From: Candidatus Bathyarchaeota archaeon
Lineage (GTDB): Archaea; Thermoproteota; Bathyarchaeia; Bathyarchaeales; Bathycorpusculaceae
Direction: 5' to 3'
Length of the DNA stretch: 64,000 nucleotides
NCBI GenBank assembly: GCA_963733095.1
Contig: CAVTBV010000016.1
Location: forward strand, 64,001 to 128,000
In this document: piece by piece, positions 17,843 to 27,280 of the stretch
Layout: the number at the start of each line of letters is the position of its first letter
Numbering within the stretch: position 1 is the first letter of the stretch
Notes under the pieces: model-generated
Seen by the model: only the letters and a program-made list of their open reading frames with translations
Told to the model about the DNA's origin: nothing
Databases searched by the model: none
Position numbers and translations under genes: made by a program

Positions 17843-19468
17843 TTACGATTTTTCTTTGAGTACTCGCTTTAGGACCTTGCCTGCGCCGCTTAGAGGAAGT
17901 TCTTTTCTGAATTCGACTTCACGGATAGCTTTGTATGGAGCAACTTTGTCGTTGACGAAAACCATTATTTCCTGCTGTGACGCTGAGGCTCCGTCCTTTA
18001 GCACAACGTATGCTTTGGGAACCTCCCCAGCAAACACGTCTGGTTTGCCAATAACTGCACACAATTTCACGCCTGGATGTTCATAGAGGACATCTTCGAG
18101 TTCTCGTGGGTAGACGCTGTAGTCTTTTGTTTTGATAAGGTCTTTTTTGCGATCGGTTATGTAGAAGTAACCATCACTATCCATACGCGCGATGTCTCCA
18201 GTGAGAAGCCATCCATCACGCAACACCATGGCGGTTTCCTCAGGTATGTTCCAGTAACCCTTCATAACCTGCGGGCCCTTCACCCCCAACTCTCCAACTT
18301 CATCAACCTCAAGTGCTTTAGCGCCTGTCTCTAAATCGACGATTCGCGCTTCCGTATCTGGCAGCGGTAACCCGATTGAACCTAACCTCACCGTCCGCAT
18401 CGACTTATCCACTGGAGTACAATGAGTAACAGGCGAAGCCTCAGTCAACCCATACCCTTCCGCCAAGAATCCACCAGTTATCTCCATGAATTTCTTCTGG
18501 ACCTGCGGCGGCAGAGAGGAAGCACCAGAAATGCAAACGCGAATAGATGTTAAGTCATACTTGCTTAGCTCTGGGTTGGCGAGCAACGCAGAGTACATAG
18601 TAGGGACGCCGCAGAAAACTGTGACTCTTTGCTTTTGTATTGTCTCTAGAACTTTTGCTGGCTCAAATTTGGGCATCAGCACCATCTTTGCCGCTAAACT
18701 TATGGGCACAGTCATGCTGGTCGTCATGCCGTAGATGTGGAACAAGGGCAGAGCCGTCAGAAACGTTTCTTGGGCAGGGTTGCCTTTTATCCATGAAGCG
18801 AATGCAAGCGCGTTTGAGAGAAGGTTGCTGTGGGTTAGCATGGCGCCTTTTGCTGTCCCAGTTGTGCCTCCCGTGTATTGGAGCGCCGCCAAATCTTCAT
18901 GTGGATTAACTTTGACTTTTGGGGCTGTTTGTGGGCTGTTTTCAAGCAAATCCTCGAAAATCAAGTCATTAGGAAACCTTGAAAGAGGAGCTTTTTCTTG
19001 TAACCCTATGATTATTGCATGTTTAACCTGAGTTTTTTGCTTAACTTTCTCTACAATCGGATAGAGCGAATCCAAAGCAACAATGGCTTGGGCCCCAGAA
19101 TCGCATAGTTGGTACTCAACTTCGCGTTCCCGATGTAAAGGACTAATCGCTGTAACAACCGCGCCAACCTTGAGAATCCCAAAGTAAGCAATTATAAACT
19201 GGGGAATGTTAGGCAGAGAAAGCGCAACGCAGTTGCCTTTCTTGATTCCCAATTTTGTCAGGGCATTTGCAAACTGACTTGAAAACTCATCCAGCTGTGA
19301 ATAAGTGATTTCGCTATCGTTGTATTCTATGGCAACCTTTTCTGGAAATTTCCTTGCGCTTGCCTCAAGCAACTCGTGTAGAGGAACACGCGGGTAGTCT
19401 ATGCGTTTGGGCACTTCGGGAGGAGAATGATTTAACCACGGCGTAGGTTTGTTGCTCAAGGCTGACAC
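17843..19468 (-). CDS. Long-chain fatty acid-CoA ligase (FadD-like)
   Basis: YTGGTTG.AKG, EGYGLTE, TGD, GPQVMKGYW; substrate not determinable. Confidence 0.9.
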   Translation of the reverse strand: MSALSNKPTPWLNHSPPEVPKRIDYPRVPLHELLEASARKFPEKVAIEYNDSEITYSQLDEFSSQFANALTKLGIKKGNCVALSLPNIPQFIIAYFGILKVGAVVTAISPLHREREVEYQLCDSGAQAIVALDSLYPIVEKVKQKTQVKHAIIIGLQEKAPLSRFPNDLIFEDLLENSPQTAPKVKVNPHEDLAALQYTGGTTGTAKGAMLTHSNLLSNALAFASWIKGNPAQETFLTALPLFHIYGMTTSMTVPISLAAKMVLMPKFEPAKVLETIQKQRVTVFCGVPTMYSALLANPELSKYDLTSIRVCISGASSLPPQVQKKFMEITGGFLAEGYGLTEASPVTHCTPVDKSMRTVRLGSIGLPLPDTEARIVDLETGAKALEVDEVGELGVKGPQVMKGYWNIPEETAMVLRDGWLLTGDIARMDSDGYFYITDRKKDLIKTKDYSVYPRELEDVLYEHPGVKLCAVIGKPDVFAGEVPKAYVVLKDGASASQQEIMVFVNDKVAPYKAIREVEFRKELPLSGAGKVLKRVLKEKS

Positions 19469-19586
19469 ATCGTTCTTTGAGTTGAATTAGAGGTAATAAC
19501 ATTTTGACATTTAAGAGGAACGGCAGTTAAAAAAACGTTACCTCAATTATAGGCTCTTGGATTTTTTCTTAATTTTAACGCCTGTC

Positions 19587-20018
19587 TTATTTTCTTTTAA
19601 ACTCAGATAATGCTTGTAAAAAACCGTAAATCTGCCACATCTCATTAGTATAAGTGAAAAGGTAAACGATAACATCGTCTAAACTAAAGTCAACAGTCAA
19701 ATTACTCACAGAAAAAACAAACAGTTGGTCCTGCGATTTATCGGTTAAAACAACAGTCAAAACATCGCCCACAACCAATTTGTCACCCAACGTTTCGCCG
19801 CTTCCAAAGGCTTCACTGAGGCAAATGGTTCTTCCATACTCAAAAACAATGTATGGATTACCCTTCCGAATCATTGCCGAAGAGGAAAACTTGGGAATTT
19901 GACTTTTAAACTGGACCTGAACAGCTACAAACTCTTCTTTGCTTAAAGGCACCCATAGATAGTTCTGCCAATCTTTTTTTTCGTCTCTCTTAAGTGAAAA
20001 ACTGCATTTAAACCACAA
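19587..20018 (-). CDS. Hypothetical protein
   Basis: 143-aa ORF filling the gap downstream of the tRNA; no motif recognised; start uncertain. Confidence 0.45.
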   Translation of the reverse strand: MWFKCSFSLKRDEKKDWQNYLWVPLSKEEFVAVQVQFKSQIPKFSSSAMIRKGNPYIVFEYGRTICLSEAFGSGETLGDKLVVGDVLTVVLTDKSQDQLFVFSVSNLTVDFSLDDVIVYLFTYTNEMWQIYGFLQALSEFKRK

Positions 20019-20080
20019 CAGCGGCCTTAGCTAGATAGTATTTCACATCCATTAAGGTTGTAGAGATAAAATAGTTCAAG

Positions 20081-20219
20081 TGGTGCCGGGGACGGGATTC
20101 GAGCCCGCGACTTCTGGGCATAGGGCGATGGCCCCTTTTGCACTCCAGATTTCTCATCATGCAAACATCGTTCACACGATTATGAGTCTGGCGCCCTAGC
20201 CAGGCTAGGCTACCCCGGC
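20081..20219 (-). tRNA. Elongator tRNA-Met(CAU) with two introns (37/38: 20180-20151; 45/46: 20142-20112), CCA encoded
   Basis: Spliced sequence GCCGGGG TA GCCT AGCCTGGCTA GGGC G CCAGA CTCATAA TCTGG AGGTC GCGGG CTCGAAT CCCGT CCCCGGC ACCA forms a cloverleaf; lacks the initiator A1-U72 pair and GGG/CCC anticodon stem. Confidence 0.93.
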
Positions 20220-20411
20220 AATTGACCACTGATTTTTCTAGCCGTGTCTTTTTAGTCTGTTTTCCTTCATTTAAACTTTTAAAAACTATTCGCAGAGATT
20301 TCACCATGGAAACAATAATTGGGAATAATCATCTACAGTACACGGTCTGAGAAAAGATGATACAAGTATAGATCAAAGTTAATTTTATTGACTTTTAGCA
20401 AACCTTTGTAA

Positions 20412-20534
20412 TCAACTAACGTACTCTTTTGGTTTGTTTTGGGTTTCTTTCGCATTGGCTACTAAGGCAGCTTCAAACATAATTTCATCGACTGTCCCGA
20501 AGCTTTGCTTAACCGCAACTTTCATTTGAGTCAA
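20412..20534 (-). CDS. Possible small protein (about 40 aa)
   Basis: TTG ACT CAA ATG...: MTQMKVAVKQSFGTVDEIMFEAALVANAKETQNKPKEYVS*, with GGTGA upstream. Confidence 0.25.
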   Translation of the reverse strand: MTQMKVAVKQSFGTVDEIMFEAALVANAKETQNKPKEYVS

Positions 20535-20887
20535 GTTTGAGTCACCAAAAATGTTTTAACTTAAATGCAAGAACACAAAAATTCAAATGCCTTGCTTTCT
20601 TACGAGTTGGAGCTCGCTAGGTTATTTTTCTCAAGAATGCTAATATAACTATGTGGGCTCTTGTACGCAACAACAAAAAAAGAGAAGACAGCTTTATGTT
20701 AAAATCCCATGTTAATTCCTGAAACTATAGCTCTCAATTAACGCTTTTGGAGCAACATAAGGTCAAATACAAATAAAAACGCCCTTAAAAATAATAATGT
20801 TGCAAAAATCTTTTCGCCATCACCAAATCAGTATTTTTGTACAATAAATTTATTGGATTGAAACCTTAACTCATTTATGGTGAACGT

Positions 20888-21484
20888 ATGTCTTCAGATA
20901 ACGAGGATACTCCTGAGTGGTTCAAAAAACGCCGTAGTTCTTCAAAGGACCCGTTTTCGGGCATAGATGATATGTTCCATGAAATGGAGAAGATGATGGA
21001 TGAGGAGCTTAAGAACTTCACAGATAAAGTTCCTAAAGAATACGTAAAGGAACGTAAATTGCCAGACGGCAGCACAGTTAAGGAAATGGGTCCGTTCGTT
21101 TATGGTTACAGCATGAAGATTGGTCCTGATGGAAAACCGGAAATTCAAGAGTTCGGCAACATCAAAAAAAGCATGAAGGGTATACCTCAGGTTAAAGACG
21201 AACGTGAACCGCTCGTTGACATTATGGAAACAAACGACGACATCCATGTGGTTGCTGAATTGCCAGGCGTTGAAAAAACAGACATAAAACTCCACGGTAC
21301 CGAAGATTCCCTGACAATTTCGGTTGATACCCCGCAGTATAAGTACTTCAAGGAAGTCGAGTTGCCAGTAAAAGTGAGAATTAAAGAAGCAAAATCCACA
21401 TACAAGAACGGCGTGTTGGAAGTGGTGCTTCCTAAAGCTGATGTTGCAGGCAAACCCAAAGGCGAACCAATCGATATAATCTAA
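20888..21484 (+). CDS. hsp20: Archaeal small heat shock protein Hsp20
   Basis: GPFVYGYSMKIGPDGKP.IQEFGN, REPLVD, AELPGV, YKNGVLEV, terminal IxI. Confidence 0.95.
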   Translation: MSSDNEDTPEWFKKRRSSSKDPFSGIDDMFHEMEKMMDEELKNFTDKVPKEYVKERKLPDGSTVKEMGPFVYGYSMKIGPDGKPEIQEFGNIKKSMKGIPQVKDEREPLVDIMETNDDIHVVAELPGVEKTDIKLHGTEDSLTISVDTPQYKYFKEVELPVKVRIKEAKSTYKNGVLEVVLPKADVAGKPKGEPIDII

Positions 21485-21526
21485 AAGCCTAAAAACTCCC
21501 CCTTCACATTACACTCAGAGTAGCTA

Positions 21527-21943
21527 GTGATGACGACCGAAAACTCAGAGATAGATACGCTAAATGCTATTTGCAAAGAAGCAAAAACAGCGGGCAAACT
21601 TTCCGGCGACAACCTCACAGAGCTCTATGAGCTTTTTGGGTCAAGGTTCACAAAAGCGCTCGATGCTCTAAAAGAAGGCAGAGTCAAAAAATACGTTTTT
21701 AAGCCCAGCGGCAGAACCGTGTGGATAGTGGTGGGCAGAGAAAGAGATTACCTCATCATGCCCGAAGCGGAATTCTGCACTTGTGACGACTTCTACTTCC
21801 GCGTTCTCGACAAAAAAGTCCACATGTGCTACCACCTGTTAACGCAGAAAATCGCGGCGAACTTGGGCTGGTTTGAAACCATCGATGAAATCGATGAGTG
21901 TTTTGACATGTTGATGAATGAGTGGAAAAAAGCTACTGCTTAA
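21527..21943 (+). CDS. SWIM-type zinc finger protein
   Basis: W.VVG...DY...FCTCDDFYFR...CYH (CxC-x-CxH). Confidence 0.8.
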   Translation: MMTTENSEIDTLNAICKEAKTAGKLSGDNLTELYELFGSRFTKALDALKEGRVKKYVFKPSGRTVWIVVGRERDYLIMPEAEFCTCDDFYFRVLDKKVHMCYHLLTQKIAANLGWFETIDEIDECFDMLMNEWKKATA

Positions 21944-21988
21944 ATATGAAGATGCTACAATGGTAGGTAAATACAAGGAGAACCCTCA

Positions 21989-22111
21989 ATGGATTTAGGC
22001 GCATATTTCATAACCTTGCAATATGTCTTAGTTGGCGCAGTGTTTATTGCTCTTCTACTCATCTTCATGCATGCTTACTATGGCAGAGAAGAAGAGGAAA
22101 TAAACGAGTAA
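21989..22111 (+). CDS. Small single-pass membrane protein (40 aa, absent from ORF track)
   Basis: MDLGAYFITLQYVLVGAVFIALLLIFMHAYYGREEEEINE*; AGGAG SD upstream. Confidence 0.6.
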   Translation: MDLGAYFITLQYVLVGAVFIALLLIFMHAYYGREEEEINE

Positions 22112-22123
22112 ATTCATTTATTT

Positions 22124-22420
22124 TTAATTGGTAAATCTTCTTTCTCGCCTGTTCATTATCAAAAATAAAACTACACTTACAACAGTCAAGATTATGCTAA
22201 CTGCAATGAGCCAGCCAGCGTCAGGCCCAGCACCGAAAACAACGGGAATCGGACCAATTAAGATTACGCCTCCAACACTGCTTAAACCTTTAAAAACTAA
22301 GGAAGCAACCACCAAAACAGCTATGCCAACAAAAACCAAGGCGATTCCTAAGAGCAAAAAACCAAACAACCGGCTAGACACGCTAATACCTTCATCTTCA
22401 GCGTCTTCATCACTCAACAA
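22124..22420 (-). CDS. DUF131 (TIGR00304) family membrane protein
   Basis: GGVILIGPIPVVFG between two TM helices. Confidence 0.85.
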   Translation of the reverse strand: MLSDEDAEDEGISVSSRLFGFLLLGIALVFVGIAVLVVASLVFKGLSSVGGVILIGPIPVVFGAGPDAGWLIAVSIILTVVSVVLFLIMNRRERRFTN

Positions 22421-22426
22421 GTCAAG

Positions 22427-22687
22427 CTACCTCAACAACCAATAATTCACAACAATAACTATTAAGGCAACTATGGTGAGGGCTAAAGCCAGCGCTAATA
22501 CTGTCTTGACTGATTTTTTGTCTGTACCAAAAATTACCGGAATCGGCCCTATCATTATTACGCCTGCACCATGCACTTTGCCCTTCTTTGCGCCACTCAT
22601 GGAAGCCAGAACAATTGCCGCAACTACAACTACGACTCCAATAATAATCAACGCTATCCCAAGCGCATAAAAAACCGCAAGATCCAC
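22427..22687 (-). CDS. DUF131 (TIGR00304) family membrane protein, tandem paralog
   Basis: GAGVIMIGPIPVIFGTDK; GGAGG SD. Confidence 0.88.
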   Translation of the reverse strand: MDLAVFYALGIALIIIGVVVVVAAIVLASMSGAKKGKVHGAGVIMIGPIPVIFGTDKKSVKTVLALALALTIVALIVIVVNYWLLR

Positions 22688-22804
22688 CCTTTAACCTCCA
22701 GCGTCCAAACTAAAGATGAAACAGCGTTTTAAATAAACATAATCAACACTCCCAGAAATGCAAAAAATTAAAAGCCCCGCACCTCTTTATCGTGTCGGCG
22801 CAAA

Positions 22805-23962
22805 ATGACCATCCAAGACCTGATCCAAGAAATCCAACGGCAAAACCCGCTCATCAGCCAAGAGCAAATCCATGAGAAACTACAGGCTGAAAGGTCCAGA
22901 ACGGGGGGTTTACTTTGCGACGAAACGTTGCTGCGGTTGATTGCAGCTAAATTGGGCGTTCAAGTGCAACAGAACACGATTCAGAGCAGTGGAGTTCTGT
23001 CAACAAGTCGGATGTTTGCTGGGTTGTATGATGTTACTGTAGCGGGCAGGTTAATCGCTGTTTTTCCAGCTAAGACTTTTCAGGGTCCAGAAAAATCAGG
23101 CAAATTTGCTACCTTAACGATTGTCGACCACGATGGTCTTTTGCGGGTGGTGTTGTGGAATGAGAAAGCTGAGTTGGTTGAGAGGGGTGAACTTAAAGCG
23201 GGGCAAGCGGTCAGGTTGCTTCATGGATACACGCGGGAGGACCGGTACGGCAAAACAGAACTGCACTTGGGCAACAAAAGCCAAGTCGAAGTTGAACCCC
23301 CAAGCAAAGCCGCAGAATACCCATCGATTGAAAAGTTCGTTGCAAAAATCAGCACTCTAACCCTTGAATTGAGCAATGTTATCCTGTCAGGAGAAGTAAA
23401 AGAGGTTTTAGGCGAAAGCAGCTTTATCCGAAGCGATACAAGCGTTGGCACAGTCACAAGGTTAACTTTAGCAGACGACTCAGGGCAGGTAACAGTGGTT
23501 TTTTGGAATGAGAAAGCAACTGAGCTAGAAAACACACTCAAAGCTAACGCGCGGTTGCTACTGGTTAATGCTAGGGTGAAAGAAGGGCAAAACGGCGGTT
23601 TAGAGGTCCATGTCGACTCCAACACGTTCATCGATGTTCAATCTGCCTCAGTGAAATGCACAAATACTTCTGGGTTAGCTGAAGACCGAATAGTGAACTT
23701 TGAAGGCACGATTTCTGCGTTGCGTGAAAACAAAGAGGTCACTACATCCAAAGGCGAAAATATCAAGCTTGTAGTTTTTGACCTGAAAGATGAGGGAGGT
23801 GTGGTTCGGGTTTCAGCTTGGCGGGAACATGCTGAGGCGTTGAAGGATTTAAAAATTGGAGACAAGGTGGTTTTGGAGAATGTTTATGTTAAAAAGGGGT
23901 TTGGAGGTAAACTGGAGTTGTCTACCCGATCTACGACGGTTGCTTCGGTTGCTAAGCTTTGA
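22805..23962 (+). CDS. rpa: Replication protein A-like ssDNA-binding protein with three OB folds
   Basis: Three D.xG...V..W...A OB repeats after a helical N-terminal domain. Confidence 0.85.
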   Translation: MTIQDLIQEIQRQNPLISQEQIHEKLQAERSRTGGLLCDETLLRLIAAKLGVQVQQNTIQSSGVLSTSRMFAGLYDVTVAGRLIAVFPAKTFQGPEKSGKFATLTIVDHDGLLRVVLWNEKAELVERGELKAGQAVRLLHGYTREDRYGKTELHLGNKSQVEVEPPSKAAEYPSIEKFVAKISTLTLELSNVILSGEVKEVLGESSFIRSDTSVGTVTRLTLADDSGQVTVVFWNEKATELENTLKANARLLLVNARVKEGQNGGLEVHVDSNTFIDVQSASVKCTNTSGLAEDRIVNFEGTISALRENKEVTTSKGENIKLVVFDLKDEGGVVRVSAWREHAEALKDLKIGDKVVLENVYVKKGFGGKLELSTRSTTVASVAKL

Positions 23963-24974
23963 GTTTGGCTACTATGGCGTCTGCCATTTCGCTTGTGGTT
24001 GCTTTGCCGCCTAAGTCTGCAGTTCGGATTTTGCCCTCTTTGAGCACGGCGATTACTGCGTTTTCGATTTTTGCTACATCCGCTTTTTCGTCGAGGTAAT
24101 CTAGCAGCATGGCACCTGCCATTATGGTGGCTATGGGGTTTACTCTGTTAATTCCTGTATACTTGGGTGCTGAACCGTGGACAGGCTCAAACATGCCATA
24201 GGTTGCGCCGATGTTTGCTCCAGCCGCCAAACCCAAGCTGCCTGTAACCTGAGCGGCTTCGTCTGAGATTATGTCGCCAAAAAGGTTAGTGGTAACCATT
24301 ACGTCGTAGGCTTCGGGTTTTTTGATTAGTTGCATTGTTGCGGCATCGATGTGTAGGTCATCGACCTCGATGTCGGGGTAATTCTGCTGGGCTTCTTTGA
24401 CTGAGTCTTTAAAGATTCCGTCGGTTATGCGCAGGATGTTGCCTTTGTGGATGTAGGTTAAATGTTTTCTGCGTTGACGCGCCAATTTGAAGGCGAATTC
24501 GGCAACCCTCAATGAAGCTTCCCGAGTGATAATTCTTAGTGCTACGCCTACACCTGGAGCCAAAAGCGATTCATCCCCCGAATACATACCTTCAGTATTC
24601 TCCCTAACGACGACTAAGTCGATGTTGGGTTTAAGGGCTTCCACACTCGGGAATGTTTTGCATGGACGTACGTTCGCGTAGAGGTTAAACATACGCCGCA
24701 ACGTGACAGCTACACTTACGGGTGCACCAGGTTCCTCGGGCGTTGTCATGGGTCCTTTGAGGCAAGCATCAGTTTTCTTGATTAGCTCGATTGTTTCTTT
24801 TGGCAGATTGGTACCATGTTCAGCTATGCAGTGGTATCCTGCTTCACCGTAGAGAAAGTTAAGTTTGAAAGTAGATTTAACTTGGACTGCTTCGAGGACT
24901 TTGACGGTTGCCTCGGTAACTTCTGGTCCTATGCCGTCTCCTTTTAGCGCAGCTATATTGTAAGTTTTAGTCAT
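23952..24974 (-). CDS. Isocitrate/isopropylmalate dehydrogenase family protein (specificity uncertain)
   Basis: GDGIGPEV, LYANVRP, VRENTEGMY, NLFGDIISDE, EPVHGSAP; start at ATG 24974. Confidence 0.9.
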   Translation of the reverse strand: MTKTYNIAALKGDGIGPEVTEATVKVLEAVQVKSTFKLNFLYGEAGYHCIAEHGTNLPKETIELIKKTDACLKGPMTTPEEPGAPVSVAVTLRRMFNLYANVRPCKTFPSVEALKPNIDLVVVRENTEGMYSGDESLLAPGVGVALRIITREASLRVAEFAFKLARQRRKHLTYIHKGNILRITDGIFKDSVKEAQQNYPDIEVDDLHIDAATMQLIKKPEAYDVMVTTNLFGDIISDEAAQVTGSLGLAAGANIGATYGMFEPVHGSAPKYTGINRVNPIATIMAGAMLLDYLDEKADVAKIENAVIAVLKEGKIRTADLGGKATTSEMADAIVAKLKA

Positions 24975-25053
24975 ATCTGAGCCTTCTGGTGTGTAATCAT
25001 TGTTTTTGCTTATCAGCATTCCTGTTGAGTTTTATTTTTCTGTGATCCGCCCC

Positions 25054-25569
25054 TTAAACTTTGTTTTCGTTTTCTGTGTACAATTGTCGATGGTTGCAGT
25101 ATTTCTTGATGTCGTCTTTTTCTTTGTAGCGTCGCATTGTTGCTGCGTTTGTTCTGACCCGTTCAAAACGTTTTCGGCTATTGAGCCTCTCCGCAAGTTC
25201 AATGACATCGCGTGGCTTGCTAAACTTGTCCACAGTGTCGTCTTCGCGTTTGCGCTCGATTTTTATGCAGTCATCCACCATGCAGTTGAGTACACATGCG
25301 CCGCAGTATATGCACAAGTCTTCCATGACTCCAACTTTACCGGTTCCCCAGTATAAGGCATTAGTGGGGCAAGCTTTGATGCAGAGTTTGCATTGTCCAC
25401 CAACGCAAGTAAACTCGTTGATATTGATTTTTCCTTCTTTGAAGAGTTCCTTGACGCCTGTGGATTCCAGAAGTTCCTTGCGTCGCTGCCGTTTTTCTGC
25501 TTCTTCATCAACCTGACTTTCGCTTTCTTCATTCATCAGGTCAAATATAGAAGGCTGTTTTTGCGGCAT
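25054..25569 (-). CDS. 2x[4Fe-4S] ferredoxin-domain protein with charged extensions
   Basis: CVGGQCKLCIKACP and CIYCGACVLNC. Confidence 0.85.
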   Translation of the reverse strand: MPQKQPSIFDLMNEESESQVDEEAEKRQRRKELLESTGVKELFKEGKININEFTCVGGQCKLCIKACPTNALYWGTGKVGVMEDLCIYCGACVLNCMVDDCIKIERKREDDTVDKFSKPRDVIELAERLNSRKRFERVRTNAATMRRYKEKDDIKKYCNHRQLYTENENKV

Positions 25570-25767
25570 AGGGAACCACGAGTGAGTTGATTTGTTTTAA
25601 AAATAGGTTATGAATTATAATTACTTATCCTCGAGTTTTAATGGTTTGTTCCGTGCATCCGAGTTGATGCAGAGTTCGTTTTTTGGTTTCATACATCTTT
25701 ATAAAATTGATCTGTATATTAAAAAAGGTCAATCTTTCTAAGTTAATACATTAAAACAAGAGGTAAC

Positions 25768-27222
25768 TTGATGAGCCACCCCCAAGCTCAAACCAAGCCT
25801 GTTGCAGGTTTAGGCAAGCATACTAACATTGTTTTAGGCATTGTTATGCTTGGAACCATGATGGGCGCACTTGACAGCACGATTGTTCTGTTGGCATTTC
25901 CAGTCATAAACGACAGCCTCCATTCGGATTTGGCAACCTCTATTTGGATTATACTTTCTTATTTGTTGATTCTTGCGGTTGCGACTACGCAGATGGGCAG
26001 AATAGGCGACATCTACGGGCGCAGCAGAATATTCAATTTAGGCTTCGTAATCTTCACAGTTGGCTCAGCACTGTGCGGTTTTTCACCCCACATCTACCCG
26101 CTCATAGCCTTCAGGGGAGTCCAAGCGGTAGGTGGAGCCATCATGCAAGCCACCAGCGGAGCAATCATAGCAGACTATTTCCCAAGAGAAAAACGCGGCA
26201 AAGCCTACGGCTACAACGCACTGGGCTACACAAGCGGAGCCATGCTAGGCATCATTTTAGGCGGAGTACTCACCACATTCATCAGTTGGCAATACATCTT
26301 TTTCATCAACATCCCCATCGGCATAGTTGCCATAATATTCGGGTTAAAGTATCTCAAGGACGCCGAGCGGATACCTGCTAAACTGGATCTATCAGGTGTA
26401 GGACTGCTGGCTTCCGCGCTTGTTCTGCTGTCTTTGGGACTGGTAAATTTTGCCAGCCAAGGACTAAGCGTACTCAACGCTTCTTTAGCGGCGGCTGGAG
26501 CAGTATTGATACCTATTTTCATCATGTATGACAAGCGACTAAAGAATCCCATGATTGATTTTGAAGCCTTCAAGAACAAGGTTTTACGCAACGCCATCTT
26601 CTCAGCGTTTTTCCTAAGCATCGGCTACTTCAGCGTGGTTTTCTTGGTGATTATGTATTTGCAGGGAATAAGGGGGCTTTCTCCGCTTGACGCCTCGCTT
26701 CTGCTGGTGCCCGGATACGTTGCAGGTAGCTTTCTTGGGCCAATCATGGGCAGACTTTCCGACAAGTACGGTTCAAGAGAAATCGCAAGTCTTGGCGTAT
26801 TTTTCTTAGCGCTCGCCATTTTAGTTTACCTGACAATGAGTACAACATCGCCGCTGTACATCGTTCTAATTGCTTCGGCAATCTCAGGCTTGGGAACTTC
26901 AATGTTTTTCCCAGCCAACAACAGCGCCGTCATGGCAAATGCTCGGATAGGCGGCTATGGAAGCATCTCAGGGTTACTTAGGACCGTCCAAAACATTGGG
27001 TTAGTTGGCAGTTTCGTTTTGGCGATCTCAGTTGCGGCAGCCTCGATTCCAAGACAGGTGGCATTTGAAGTTTTCATCGGAACCTCAAATTTGAGTGGCG
27101 GCGTAAGTGATGCTTTTCTTTTCGGGATACATAACGCATTCTTTGCCTCAATTGCCATCCTCGTGGTCGCTGGAATTTTATCGTTAAGCAGGGGCAGAGA
27201 AAGTCGCAAAGAAGCCAGATAA
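25768..27222 (+). CDS. MFS transporter, DHA2/EmrB-like
   Basis: ALDSTIV, GRIGDIYGR, WQYIFFINIPIG, GRLSDKYG. Confidence 0.92.
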   Translation: MMSHPQAQTKPVAGLGKHTNIVLGIVMLGTMMGALDSTIVLLAFPVINDSLHSDLATSIWIILSYLLILAVATTQMGRIGDIYGRSRIFNLGFVIFTVGSALCGFSPHIYPLIAFRGVQAVGGAIMQATSGAIIADYFPREKRGKAYGYNALGYTSGAMLGIILGGVLTTFISWQYIFFINIPIGIVAIIFGLKYLKDAERIPAKLDLSGVGLLASALVLLSLGLVNFASQGLSVLNASLAAAGAVLIPIFIMYDKRLKNPMIDFEAFKNKVLRNAIFSAFFLSIGYFSVVFLVIMYLQGIRGLSPLDASLLLVPGYVAGSFLGPIMGRLSDKYGSREIASLGVFFLALAILVYLTMSTTSPLYIVLIASAISGLGTSMFFPANNSAVMANARIGGYGSISGLLRTVQNIGLVGSFVLAISVAAASIPRQVAFEVFIGTSNLSGGVSDAFLFGIHNAFFASIAILVVAGILSLSRGRESRKEAR

Positions 27223-27280
27223 ACCTAAAGCCTAAAAACGCTAACCACCTAATTCTAATATTGCTTGGTGAAAGCATCGC

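Noticed and set aside
20008-20307. 99-aa ORF
   Set aside because: It overlies the intron-containing tRNA-Met gene.
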